A stretch of 61,076 bases of DNA, counting the filler, from Hausera hauseri (taxonomy: Eukaryota): assembly GCA_046269625.1 (NCBI GenBank). It is 10 parts of 10 records of this genome, joined end to end, with 100 filler letters (N's around TTAATTAATTAA, not from the genome) between each part and the next. Parts side by side here need not be neighbours in the genome. Positions count along the whole stretch, not along the records: positions 11,477 to 21,812 come from JBJURY010203302.1; positions 21,913 to 29,695 come from JBJURY010903646.1; 8 more parts are not named here. One strand, 5' to 3'. Shown piece after piece: positions 11,642 through 23,198 of the stretch. The notes under the pieces are model-generated. The model made no database searches, had not been told where the DNA came from, and was given only the letters and a program-made list of their open reading frames with translations. A program made the translations under genes and the position numbers. Position 1 is the first letter of the stretch, and each line of letters begins with the position of its first letter.

Positions 11642-12946
11642 GTGAGTGGGCCTACTGATACACCATCAAGGGGCTATCAACTGCCGGACCATGAAAACGA
11701 ACCAGATTGGGCGGCATATTTAGACGCAATAATTGCCGAGAATCCGAAAACCCCTATACGATTGGGTGAAATGGATGTATATTCTTCGGACCAAAAATTT
11801 AACGTACGAATGCTTCTGGACCCAGTACAAATCGAGAAGGATTTAATTCAGTTGATAGAAGTAAACCTCACTGAAATCCAATTAAGACAGTTGGTCCACA
11901 CTCTAACTAAATTAGCTAGCGAAGGTACGATTTGTAGTACGGTACCTAAGCTTTTACTTTAAAAATATGCTAAAATTTTAAAAGCAAAGGCAGAGTATGT
12001 GATCCCAGTAAAGATAGCATCCGACTGGATGGACGAGAAGGAACAAGAGTACACGACGCGCTCTCTTATAAAGGATGTATTACTGTGGATAAAGAACAAT
12101 GGATACGCCAATGAACCGAGCTATAGACTTTATTTTAGAGGAAGGATACTAGATGAATCGGAACTATTAACAGAAGTCGGAATTATTCCAGGTGAAGTAA
12201 ATCGGGTAGTGGTAAACATTGCTATTGACGAAACAAAAGAGGAGGCTATAAGGAAGGCTAAGGCAGAGCCGTGAGTAGGTCGAATAATAGGAGTTCGAGA
12301 TGCGGCAGTATATTTCGAGTACCTGCAGGCAGACGAAGATAATGAGCAATACGATAAAAATTTAGTACATCTCAACATTAGTGTACCTACTGTAACAAAA
12401 CAGAAGCGTCAGGTCGGTAGACCACGGAAAACGCGGGAAGAAATCAACTATAATGGAGACCTAATCAAACAGTTGAGGCAAATGTCCATACCAACCTTCA
12501 GTGCGGACAATTAGGAACTGAACGAACTTATGAAAAATTTGATACGAATAGTAAACCACTCTAGTCTCGGTGGTGATATACTAGATGAGAAGGAGAAGGC
12601 CATATCTAATGCCGCCAAGGCCAAGAAAGGCCTTTGGTGTAAATTACCCAGAAGTACTTTAAACGATGAAATGATAATCGAGAAAATTATGGTAGAGAAT
12701 ACCAAAGAAAAATTAAGAAAAATGTTGCTATCTCTGGCCATCAATACTAACCCAAACCGAGAAAATGAATTCAACAAGGCTACTAGCTTGGCAAGGAAAG
12801 CCGCCAGGAAACTACCTCAAGAAGTGAACTGGTCGAAGCTATTCGAAAAAGAAGAAGAACATCAAGGTAGATTCTTCTTAGGTAACAATAGATTCGAAGA
12901 CATGCTACGAAATGTAACCGGAAATCACAGAGGTAATGAATCGAAC
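11642..12946 (+). pseudogene. Pre-env polyprotein segment with a ubiquitin-like domain (11999-12230) and AT-hook-like GRPRK (12416-12430)
   Basis: ORFs 11642, 11999 and 12530 share one frame and are separated by point stops. YRLYFRGRILDESELLTEVGI resembles ubiquitin [21 protein letters not shown]. Confidence 0.6.
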
Positions 12947-14870
12947 TGGCTAATTAACTTTTTGACCATGATGATGTTAATAAGACAAATGGGCGCAGTT
13001 ACATTATATGATTGTGACAAATTTAGCCTTGGCCAAAAATATTCATTAATGGACTTGGAAATGTGCGAAGACGCGAGAACACACAAATTAGAAACAAAAG
13101 AGAAAAGTTACGTGCTATATCGACAACGCGAACTAGTTACATTGGATGGAGTATGATGTATGTTGCGTCGATCTCGCAGCATCTTCCATTATGGACTGGT
13201 ACATGGACACTCGTCAATAATCAAGCCAACATACCACCAATTCCGATGAATTTAGAACGCCAGCATTGTAAGCAAGCCAGAGAGACGGGAAGAATAAAAT
13301 GGGACGGCATGAAACTGGAAATGCAGGAAGGGAAAATAATCAGAGTGTATAACGTAGCGGCAGGACGATTAGACATGCACACAGGACATTGTTATGGTGC
13401 ATAATATGATACTGTAAAAGAATTAGAGTCGAACATTGTAGTGATAGATTTTTATGAAACCGAAATGCGTTTGCAGAAGGTAACATTCCGTAGCGTTACT
13501 AAACTTTATACCGAGAATCGTAAGTACCACATTCAGGATGGCACATGCCCTTTCCGAAGTTCCGTAGTAATTTGGGAATCCCCGACTAAGACCGATTGCA
13601 ACTTTATTAGAATTAAGGAGCTTAAATTTAACAAGACGACGGGGAAACGGTATACAAGTATTACAGAAACTAATTCTACAACACGAGAAGATGTAGGTGA
13701 ACAGTCCACACCTACGATACTGATTTCTGATACTCACGGACAAAAGTTTGTGAAGAAAGATGTACTCACCAGATGTGACGTTATAATGTACGCCACCAAA
13801 TATGAAGCATTTTTCGTCGCGGAGACGGAAATGAACGCCAGAACGTTCAAGTTCTAGACTCAGGACATCCATATTGAAGATTACTTGACAAACCGAGATG
13901 ACTATTTGTACTATAAGGGACAAACAGGAATAGCCGAGCTATACCACAAGATGGTAACAAACGACTGAAAGTTGGATTTGGAAATCATGAAACTTGAGCT
14001 GGCCCTAATATATGCCAATCCCTAGTTAGCATCATCAGTAATTCCAATGAAGGAAGGTGTTTTCGGACAAGTAACCGGATAAGTCTTATTGACCTACGAA
14101 TGTGAAAAGAAGGACGTACCTATTAATGTGGAAGAAAATAGGTGTATACAGGAGCTTCCCGTAATATATCAAGACGTACCGAGATTAGTAACACCAATTA
14201 CCAGAGTACTATTGGCTAATTCTACTCAACCGACAATCTTAAGAGACTGTAAAACCAGTTTAGGAGAGCCGATGTTTAGACGTAGTGAAACCGATTGGGT
14301 AAGCTGACCAAACGGTGGTATAATCGCGCCGCCCACTAAGTTGACAAGGACAAACTTAATGAAAGGAAAAACCGACGATAAGTTTCAAGATACGTCTGCG
14401 AAAGGTATTTACCGACCCAAAAAAGCAGAGGCGTTTAGACATTTCCTTGCTGTTCCTCGACAGCGCACCCACGAATTGAATAGAGCGTGCATACAATACT
14501 GAAGGACTCACGCTATCAAGCAAAGTGGGAATCTTTACTAGGCGTTAACTACTTTAAGAAGGTAACCGCGGAAATATTGTACAAAATTTGGGGAAGACTC
14601 CTAGTATTTGGACAAGCCGCATCAGGGTTCCTAGCAATTTATTTTTTGATTCAGCAGATAAAAGCAATAATTCAAGCCATCATAAATGGATGCGAGATAT
14701 TCACCTTAACAGGATTTTTGTGCAAAATTTTAACGGCTATTATTACACCTTTCGCCAAATTTTTAAAGGCTTGTGAAGAAAATAGATGGAAAACGTATGT
14801 GGAGCGACATGTTGGCTACCATAATCGAAAACGTAAAAGATACATATTATATTACAGGCAAAATTCATAG
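12947..14870 (+). pseudogene. env: env-like class III fusion glycoprotein (chuvirus G / herpes gB-like)
   Basis: Hydrophobic signal WLINFLTMMMLI, then LYDC..YSLMDLEMC, IFHYGLVHGHSS, CKQARETG, GHCYG, LALIYANP, YECEK..RCIQELPV..TPITRVL, GIY, and TM region WGRLLVFGQAASGFLAIYFLI..IING. Matches the recalled Cys and motif pattern of chuvirus glycoproteins. Confidence 0.8.
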
Positions 14871-15439
14871 AGAGTAAGACGCGAAGAAATAATTCCGACG
14901 ATGACGAGCCTAAGGGAGGAGATGTCATCTCCAGGCCAAACCTGCACAAAAATTACTTTGTTATGAGACTACCATTACAAATATTACCACCAACGGCACC
15001 CGTATATAAAGATTGCGAAAAACAATCGATGAGCTCGTGCCAGACAGATGTCTATCGGAAGCCGTTTAGTTTAGAAAATCTTTATGAAGGAACGAAACGC
15101 TAAGGGATATTGCGTAAAATCCACGAAACGGGAAGAACATCTGCCCAACATCGTCGATCAGCAGTCGACGATCACGGTATAATTTACTCACCTAGAATAT
15201 CCAGACCAAACGAATGGCAGTCAACATTTACCGGAAGCCGTGAAACACACCATCTCAGAAACCAAGAAATTCAGCCACCAGTTAGAAACCAAGGAATAGA
15301 AAATACGAATGGTACGAATAATGAACTGTATCCAATTGGAGAATGGAGACAATTAATCGACCAGCCTGTCGGAACTACGGAGGTTACCATTAACGGTTAC
15401 AAAGTGTCCACGGTCCGACACCTTCGGGTGGCACCAAAC

Positions 15440-18400
15440 TATTACGGTACGATAATCAAAGGAAGGCCATTTGCAAAAATCCAATTAGAAAACTGAGAAG
15501 TATATGCTTTGATAAACACCGGATCCGAAATATCACTAACAAAATATGATACAATATCACAATTCCTACGGAAACAGTTGTATTCGCCTCCCACAATGGA
15601 TCCAGGAAGCGTCGAAGCCTTCGGACAATCACCGAAAAGTAAATTCCGTTGGAAACCGGAAATTCACATAATGAGACAATCCTTCCATCATGAATTCTCA
15701 GTAATTTAGCAATCAACGGATGACGTAGTGTTAGGATGTTACTTATTGAGACAGCTGCCCAATATAGCAATCGATTTCATTGAAGGCAAGTTGATAGTAC
15801 TTGGTCCAATAAAAGGGGTTAAAACCACCAAAGATAGAAAATTCGGAGAAGTGTGGATTCCAGTAGATAAAAACATACCACACAGAACTGAAGTACTCAT
15901 ATATGCCCAAATACGTTAGGATGACGACCAGCCAGTATAGTTCGAATCAAAGGAATGGCTGAATCCAAACCTTGTACTCAGCAATGTTTTGACAAGAGTA
16001 TCCACAGGCCGCGTACTAATCAGAGTAGCAAATAGTGTGCCCACATCAACCATACTGTACGCCAATACCACTTTGGGACATACGTGTAGAGTTTCATCAA
16101 TTACCATCGAACAGAAACCGTATAAGGGTGCCAAATTTCCACCCCACGTCAAAACTAAATTTTCACCAGAATCATATTGTCGATTTTACGAATTACTTTG
16201 TCGCTATAGCTCAATTATCGTGAGAGATTAAGAGGATATTGGCCGAGCCAGTGCCTTAACACTCACGATTCCGCTTAAGAAGAAGCCTGGTTCCAACGAC
16301 TAAATAGATTTGGAAAATCAAAAGATGCCAAATGGTACTCTCCTCCACACTCGTTAAGGCCAGAAATAATTAAGGATGTTGAACGGATGTTAAATACCGA
16401 CATAATAAAACAAAGCTATAGATCTTGGCATTCGCCTGTACTTATGGTTAAAAAAAACGGTACCAATAAGCATCGATTTGTATAGATTACCGAGCGTTAA
16501 ACACACTTATGATGAAAGACTCCTTCCCATTACCATCGGTAAAGGAAGCCTTGGATAGGCTTTCGGGAGATAAATGGTTCACCACACTCAATTTACAATC
16601 CGGATATTGGCAAGTAAAGATAGAGAAGGAAGATCGTTATAAAACGGCATTTAAGACACACGATGGTATATACGAATTTAATGTTATGCCATTTGGGATA
16701 ACTACCGGACCGGCCATTTTTACTCGCATGATGAATAAAATGCTAATGGAATTGGAGCACGCATTTGCCTATTTTGATGACGTCATGATTGCGTCGAAAA
16801 CGGAAGAGGATTGTTTAAAAGATATTGAGGTTACACTCATGAGGTTGAAGCAAGATGGACTAAAACTGAATCCCAAGAAGTGCAAATGGGCTCAAAATGC
16901 TGTATCTTATCTTAGACACATAGTAGGCGAAGGGGGATCGAAATCAGATAAATCATTGTTGAGTAAAATATTGGACTGCATGGAACTCCAAAACCAGAAT
17001 GCGTTAAGACACTGGTTAGGGTTATGTGGGTATTATGCTACCTATGTACCAGATAACGCGAAGATAAATGCACCTTTATATTGTTTAATAAAAAGGAAAT
17101 CAAATGGAAATGGACCTATGTCGAACAGAAAGTTTTGATGAAATAAAGAAAATTCTAACTAGCTAGCCTGTTTTAAGATATCCGGACTTCAACCTACCGT
17201 TCATAATCAAAACAGACGCCAACAAGGACGGTATTGGATATGAATTAGCTCAGAAACGAGAAGATGAGGAACTAGAACATCCGATTGCATATGGAGGACG
17301 TTCCCTAAAGAAAGCAGAGAAGAACTATTCTGTTACGGAGTTAGAAACATTAGCAGTAAAAGAAGCACTACGACATTTTAACGTGTACTTCTATGGACAA
17401 AAGATTGTAATCGTTACTGACCATAAGGCAGTTACGACCTTAAAAGGCATGGCAAATAAGACAACCTGTAGACTCAACAGATGGATAGAATTCCAATACA
17501 AACCTGGAAATAGAAATGTCGATGCCGATGCACTCTCTAGACTAAAGGCAAAAGTTAGTGCGGTTAAGGTAATTAAAAAGGCCCACCTCGAAAACTTAAT
17601 GGAGAGGCAACGGACTCTTACGCTAGATAAGGCATTGAAGATTTCTGTCGAACAAAGAAAATACAGAGTTATTCAACAAATTATTGAGTTCGTGAGCACC
17701 AGCAAAACACCAAAGGGCCATCAGTTACGAAAACACCTACGAAGATATAGTCACAAATACTGTTTCACAGGAGATTTTAAGCATGAAAATGTGTTGTACT
17801 ACGAACGAAAAGGACGAAAATTGGTAGTCATACCCAAAGGATTGCGTACAAAGGTGCTAATGGCCGAGCATGATTCATACTTAGCCGGACACATGTCGTT
17901 GAAGAAGACATTGGAGAGAATATTAAATAAATACTATTGGCCGAGCATCTATATCAACGTGAAAAACTGGGTAAATGTTTGTGAGGTATGCGCAACTAAA
18001 CAAAGAAGAGTGAAAAATTATATCGCCGAACTTACATCCATCAGCGTGCCGGATAGACCCATGCAGGCTATATCCATGGATATCGTAGGACCATTACCTA
18101 CGACCCACAAAAACAATAAGTATGTTTTGACCTGTGTGGATCGACTAACTCACTTCGTCGAACTTATAGCGTTAATAGACCAAAAGGCCGAGACTCTGGC
18201 AGAAGTAGTAGTTCGGAAGATTATTTGCAGATACGGACTGCTCGAACAAATTTTGACAGACCAAGGGAGAAACTTTACGAGCGAATTTTTCGAAACAATT
18301 ACAAAAATTTTTGAGACTGAACGACTAAATACCACAGCTTATCATCCACAATTTAATGGAATGGTTAAACGGTTGAACGCGACAGTTACATAAATCTTAT

Positions 18401-18900
18401 CGACAGTTGTCGCAAAGGACCAGAAAGACTGGAACGAATTCTTAGAAGGTACACAGTTTGCCATTAATACTATTCCATATTCTGCGATAGGATTCATTCC
18501 GTTTTTCATGATGTACGGCAGAGAAGCTGTACTGCCTACAGATTTCGGATTGATTTCCTACACAATGAAAACGGAAGATTTGGAGCAGATTTTTATCGAG
18601 GTATTACAATTGAGATTACACAAGTGTTGGAAAATAGCCAAGGAATTATCTAAAGAATACCAAGAACAATTTAAGAAACAATACGACAAGAAGGCTAAAC
18701 CACACGACCTAGAACCAGGAAATTGGGTTGATGTACACTATCCAGTGGCAAAGAGAGGCACATCTCTCAAACTTACCAGAACAGGCAAAGGACATTATGA
18801 AGTTACCAAAGTTACACCAATCACAGTTTATATAAATAGAAACGGCAAGGAAGAGGTCATATCGATTTAGAGAGTAGTTAAAACCGAAATAAGACCAAGT
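15440..18900 (+). pseudogene. pol: Gypsy pol: protease, reverse transcriptase, RNase H, integrase
   Basis: ALINTGS; DSFPLP, GYWQ, VMPFG, YFDD; TDA, ETLA, TDH, DADALSR; HDSYLAGH..CEVC; DIVGP, TDQG, YHPQFNG, PFFMMYGRE. Confidence 0.95.
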
Positions 18901-18979
18901 AAACGCTACAATCTATGTTCTAGCAGAGCGAAATCGGAGCATACAAACAGAGAAAAGAAAACATCTTCCATAACGGCTA

Positions 18980-20090
18980 GAGCAATAACGTATGTGCAAA
19001 ATGTACTCGCCTTATCGTTAATTGCTTCTTATGTACCGAAGGTAAAATCGATAACTGAAACCGAAAAACTACAATATGCGGCAAGACGAAAGGATATCCA
19101 GAACTTACAGTCACTTAGAGTATACGATATGGACTGTAGCAAACCATGTGCGTGGTTCGAAGCGAGTGAACCTATTCAGAGCCATGTAAAATTTCAAATA
19201 ATATTTGTAATTAGATCCACGGTGAGAACATGCGATTTTCCGCACGGAGTTTATAGGAAATGTTGTAATTTGGATTTTTGACAAACCTACTGATACAGAT
19301 TTCAAACGTTCTATTTTAACCAACCCGGAGCCCAAGCCTATATAATTACTGAATTTCTAATAAGGATGCCTCAACGAAATGACACGAATCGAGCCAAATA
19401 CTTTGACTCCTATTCCGGAGTATTGTTATCTGGCCTGACGACGACCTATTGTGTGCTGCGAATTGAAACTTGGACAAAAGTATCAATAACTCGATTTGTA
19501 CAATACATATCCCGGAGAACAAAGCACTTACTTAAGGGGATACCGTCAAAAAGTCGGAATATTGGAGCTTCCATTTCAAACTACTACGGGGAAATCGTCC
19601 ATTGTTCCGAGTAAAACTCTCACTACTACGGTTGTCACTTCGAAGGAACCGCTCGAGAAAGAACTAGGGAGTATACCGGTTAAGATCTTGGCAAAATGTA
19701 ACAAAATCCTATTCTACGTTGAGGAAACACTAATTTTCGACGTAAAAATTGAATGCCGTACCTCGTACACAAATCAAATCGTAATCTTGAGAAAGAATAG
19801 TCCGGAAACCAAATGCCAATTATTACGACCGCAACATAATTATATAGTCAGAATCACTGCAAAGAATAAGAACTCTAGACAACAAAATCGAAGTAATGCA
19901 GTATAAGGGTCTTAGTACCCAAAATTCGTTCACCACAAAAAGTTCTGTCGAGGAAAACAATTTATCGATAATAGCCATATTCAGTTTGTCCATTTTCGTT
20001 CTTGTCACATTAACGGCGACGATTTTTCTATTTTCCAAAAAATTGTAATAAACGCGGTAAAAATAGAAAGGGAGATAAACAGGTATAAAG
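18980..20090 (+). pseudogene. Second putative type I membrane protein, in frame with the integrase C-terminus, with an FN3-like juxtamembrane domain
   Basis: Signal-like NVLALSLIASY in the same frame as the IN tail; Cys-containing ectodomain; LRPQHNYIVRITAKN (FN3-like LxPxxxYxVxVxAxN); TM IIAIFSLSIFVLVTLTATIFLF followed by a basic tail. Confidence 0.55.
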
Positions 20091-20197
20091 CCACCGAGAC
20101 GAACTTTATAATAGCATAACCTGACAATTGCAGATCAGGTTATCATATCATCAGACAGAGAAAATGTTTTGCTTCTAAACAATGATATGTCTAATGA

Positions 20198-20229
20198 TTG
20201 ACCTTTATTTTTATTTTAGCAGAGTAAGT
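20198..20229 (+). promoter_or_regulatory. Putative splice acceptor followed 4 nt later by a GTAAGT donor consensus
   Basis: TTGACCTTTATTTTTATTTTAG-CAGA-GTAAGT-ATG; equivalent signal at 24648-24682 on the minus strand. Confidence 0.55.
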
Positions 20230-21812
20230 ATGGCCGAAAAGGCGAAGAATGCAGCAGTCAATTCCAGTCATGACATCGATGATTTCTTACAACAGCACGT
20301 AACTGTTCTCAATCCATTATCCAAAAGTTTATATCGACAAACTGGAGAGAATCTGAAAAACAAGACCTATCTAGAATTTAATCAGAAAAGTAAAGTACCA
20401 AATGGGTTGAAATGCGGTTTGGAAGAAAACCGACTGGTTCGATTATATGCAATGCAAAATCCAAAGGATGCACGGGTATATCTTTTAAGAGATATGATTC
20501 CATATGTGCCGACACATCAGCAATTGTACATACATGTCTTTGATGATGAAATTCAATACAAAATCGTAGGACAATCCTGGAGTGCACAGAAAGGACAACA
20601 ATGGAAATTTAGCATTTACGAACTATGTTGTTATAGTCTTATGAATTACGCTCTAGAGTTCAAGATTGCAGAGCTTCCAACCAAAATCATGATTGAAATG
20701 ACATGGCGAAGAGAAATGATGAAGCCACTATCACCGTTACTATATATATAAAAACAATCGGAAGACGAGATAGAGCAAAACGGAGAATCTTACAGATTAG
20801 TTCCACACGGTAGGAATACCCGGATATTAGACATCAACTATGGAGAAAAGGACGACGGATTATATATTCCGATTGAAGTCTCTATCAGAAATACAAATGG
20901 GGAAGAACTTTTAAACAAAATAATCGTGCATCGAGCTAGAGTGAAAGATACCTTTTCCGACGTTACAGGGATTACAAAAGTACAGCTTGAAGAAGGAAAG
21001 GACTTCTTAGAGATCCAGGAAGATATAAGCCATTGCTTATATGGTTACATTCTTACCGGATTTCGAGTGTACGAAGCATCAGAACGGCTAAGAATTAGAC
21101 AAGAATATATAGCCGGAATTCGGGAATTGAGCCAAAACCCAGCAGTTGTGAGCCAAATAGAAAATACTTTGATGAGGAAAAGAAATTGCCTGCTTCCATC
21201 TGCATCGCGTGAATCGCAATTTAAGATGATGCTAGAAGCCAGGAATGGCGAATGATTTAAATTCCATAAACTGATGTCGGCAAGTCAACGGACTAGATTT
21301 ATAAAGGACATCTATGATTCCTTATGATGGAAACATGAGTGAAAACCTAAAAACCCAATACAGAATGCGATATCCGACAATAACCCAAAAGCATTGATAC
21401 AAAAATTTCGAAAAGAGTTTAGTGAATACCCGAATTGTAAACAAATCGAGCCCCAAGAACATAACCGATTTTGAGTAACAGTCCATAATAATCCAATAGA
21501 AGCCCCGAACAGCCGACAAAAACCATCGACCAGTAAAATTCAAAAAGGAATGACAGCAAAATCAGATAATCCAGAAAATTCGAGAAGACAAAAGACGAAA
21601 ACTTCCTTCTTGGAATATATCAGTAAAAAGAAGAGCAAAACCAGTAAGAGCCAAACGGACGAAAACAGGTCAGCGGCAGACAGCCTAACCCTGGATGAAC
21701 AAACAAATGATCAGAAAGAAATATCGAACCGAGAAGAAAGGAAAGAAAACGACAAAAATCAGTTGAAAATTACTAAATCTAGATCTCTCAAGACGGACGT
21801 TAACGTTCTTTG
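20230..21812 (+). pseudogene. Accessory ORF X of the large Gypsy element, function unknown
   Basis: Homologous to 23199-24656 (IDDFL/IDEYL, SKSLYR/SKSIYR, EENR, ESYRLV/QSYRLV, DDG, VTG, HCL, IAGIREL/IAGLREM). Confidence 0.7.
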
Positions 21813-21912
21813 NNNNNNNNNNNNNNNNNNNNNNNNNNNNNNNNNNNNNNNNNNNNTTAATTAATTAANNNNNNNNNNNNNNNNNNNNNNNNNNNNNNNN
21901 NNNNNNNNNNNN

Positions 21913-22286
21913 AATTAGTCGTAGCAATAGTGAATAAAAATATGATTTCGATTCTGTTTCGTTCTGATCGGCTCTAAGGTCGTCAGCTGGTTAACTGTTC
22001 ACTTCTTCTCTATTACGAAGTCTGCTTATATAGTAGCAGTCTAAACCTGGTTACAAAGTCTCTAGTTTTATTTACAGTTTTCTACATTGAATTTTGATTG
22101 TTTGGATTAATTTTATTTTTACCAATTCCTGTCATTTTCAAATATGCAATTATTTTACAAATATTCGAGGCATAATTGACAATTTGCAAAGAATCAATAA
22201 ATTCTAAATATATCGACTGAATAATTTGCTAAATTTAGCCGCATTGTTAATTGTCATAGTCCAACACAGTTACATCTCTCCTCCCT
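21913..22286 (-). repeat. Polypurine tract (22275-22286) and truncated 3' LTR (22274-21913)
   Basis: Minus strand reads AGGGAGGAGAGA directly followed by TGTAAC; TATATAAG at about 22025-22032 inside the putative LTR. Confidence 0.7.
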
Positions 22287-22320
22287 GAGCGGCATCCTCG
22301 AATGAGCCTAACGGCCTGGG

Positions 22321-22797
22321 TCATCTTAATCGATTTATTCTTTCTCGCAGATCAGTTTGGGAATCTGGTTTATCGGGACTTTTTAAAGGGTTCGTCTCTA
22401 GATCATAGCTATGGTAGGACTTGATGCGGATAACTCGGGTATAACTCCCATCGGAGTAATACTTTAATTCAGTGGCCTCCGCTCGACACACTGGACATGT
22501 TGTTTTTCCATTGTTGAGTGTCCACTTCTCCAGACAATCCCGACAGTATTTGTGGCGGCAAATCTTGTTATCCAATACCACATAACCTTGTCTCAGGTTG
22601 GTATCGCACACAGGGCATTTATTATCTTCCTTGTCCCAATCATATCTATCTAAATCAACCTGGAATGTCAATTTAATGGGCTCGAATATAAGGCCATCCT
22701 CGTCGTGATAAAGGTATCCATGAATTACCTTTTGCTTAGGGTTAATGAAACTCTTCCGTGGGTCACAGCTTACTTGTATTAAGGTCCAATCCGCCAT
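22321..22797 (-). CDS. RING-HC (C3HC4) finger protein, putative E3 ligase; possibly the C-terminus of ORF X
   Basis: CPVC-x14-CRHKYCRDC..W..CPVCR. The frame stays open upstream to about 22945, and the stop lies about 35 nt before the PPT. Confidence 0.85.
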   Translation of the reverse strand: MADWTLIQVSCDPRKSFINPKQKVIHGYLYHDEDGLIFEPIKLTFQVDLDRYDWDKEDNKCPVCDTNLRQGYVVLDNKICRHKYCRDCLEKWTLNNGKTTCPVCRAEATELKYYSDGSYTRVIRIKSYHSYDLETNPLKSPDKPDSQTDLRERINRLR

Positions 22798-23198
22798 GAG
22801 GTCTCGGTCTAAGTCTGTAATCTTTCCTTCTATTCGATATCTTTGATATTGCTTCTTTAGTAATATCTGGATTTGCTTATCTACTGGGACTATTATTTTT
22901 CCTGTCCTTTTAAGCGGAAGACTGAGGTAAGATAATTTCCTAACTTAGGGTTTTCCCAAACATATGTATTTTCGAAAACTTCTTTTGCTGGGGCAACTTT
23001 CTTTGATCACTTTCTTACTACAATATTCTGTAGTTATCAGCATTCTTGGTGAGTCCTGAATCGTTTTATAGCGGGCGTTTTCTTTGATTTTCTTCCCTAA
23101 AAGGACATTAACTTCGGCTATCATGGGTTCAACAACTTCCTTTTTTACAGACTTTACCTTCTGAGAGGTGCTTGGTTCGATTTATTGGTTTGCATCTT

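Larger units (their letters stand above)
11477..21812 (+). mobile_element. Large enveloped Ty3/Gypsy element, copy A (decayed; no LTRs in this contig)
   Basis: Same-strand order: Ubl/AT-hook region, glycoprotein, PR, RT, RNase H, IN, membrane protein, accessory ORF. Colinear with the elements in contigs 4 and 9. Confidence 0.9.

Noticed and set aside
21812-21913. Copies A and B appearing as a giant tail-to-tail inverted structure
   Set aside because: They are separate contigs joined by a spacer, so orientation and adjacency carry no information.
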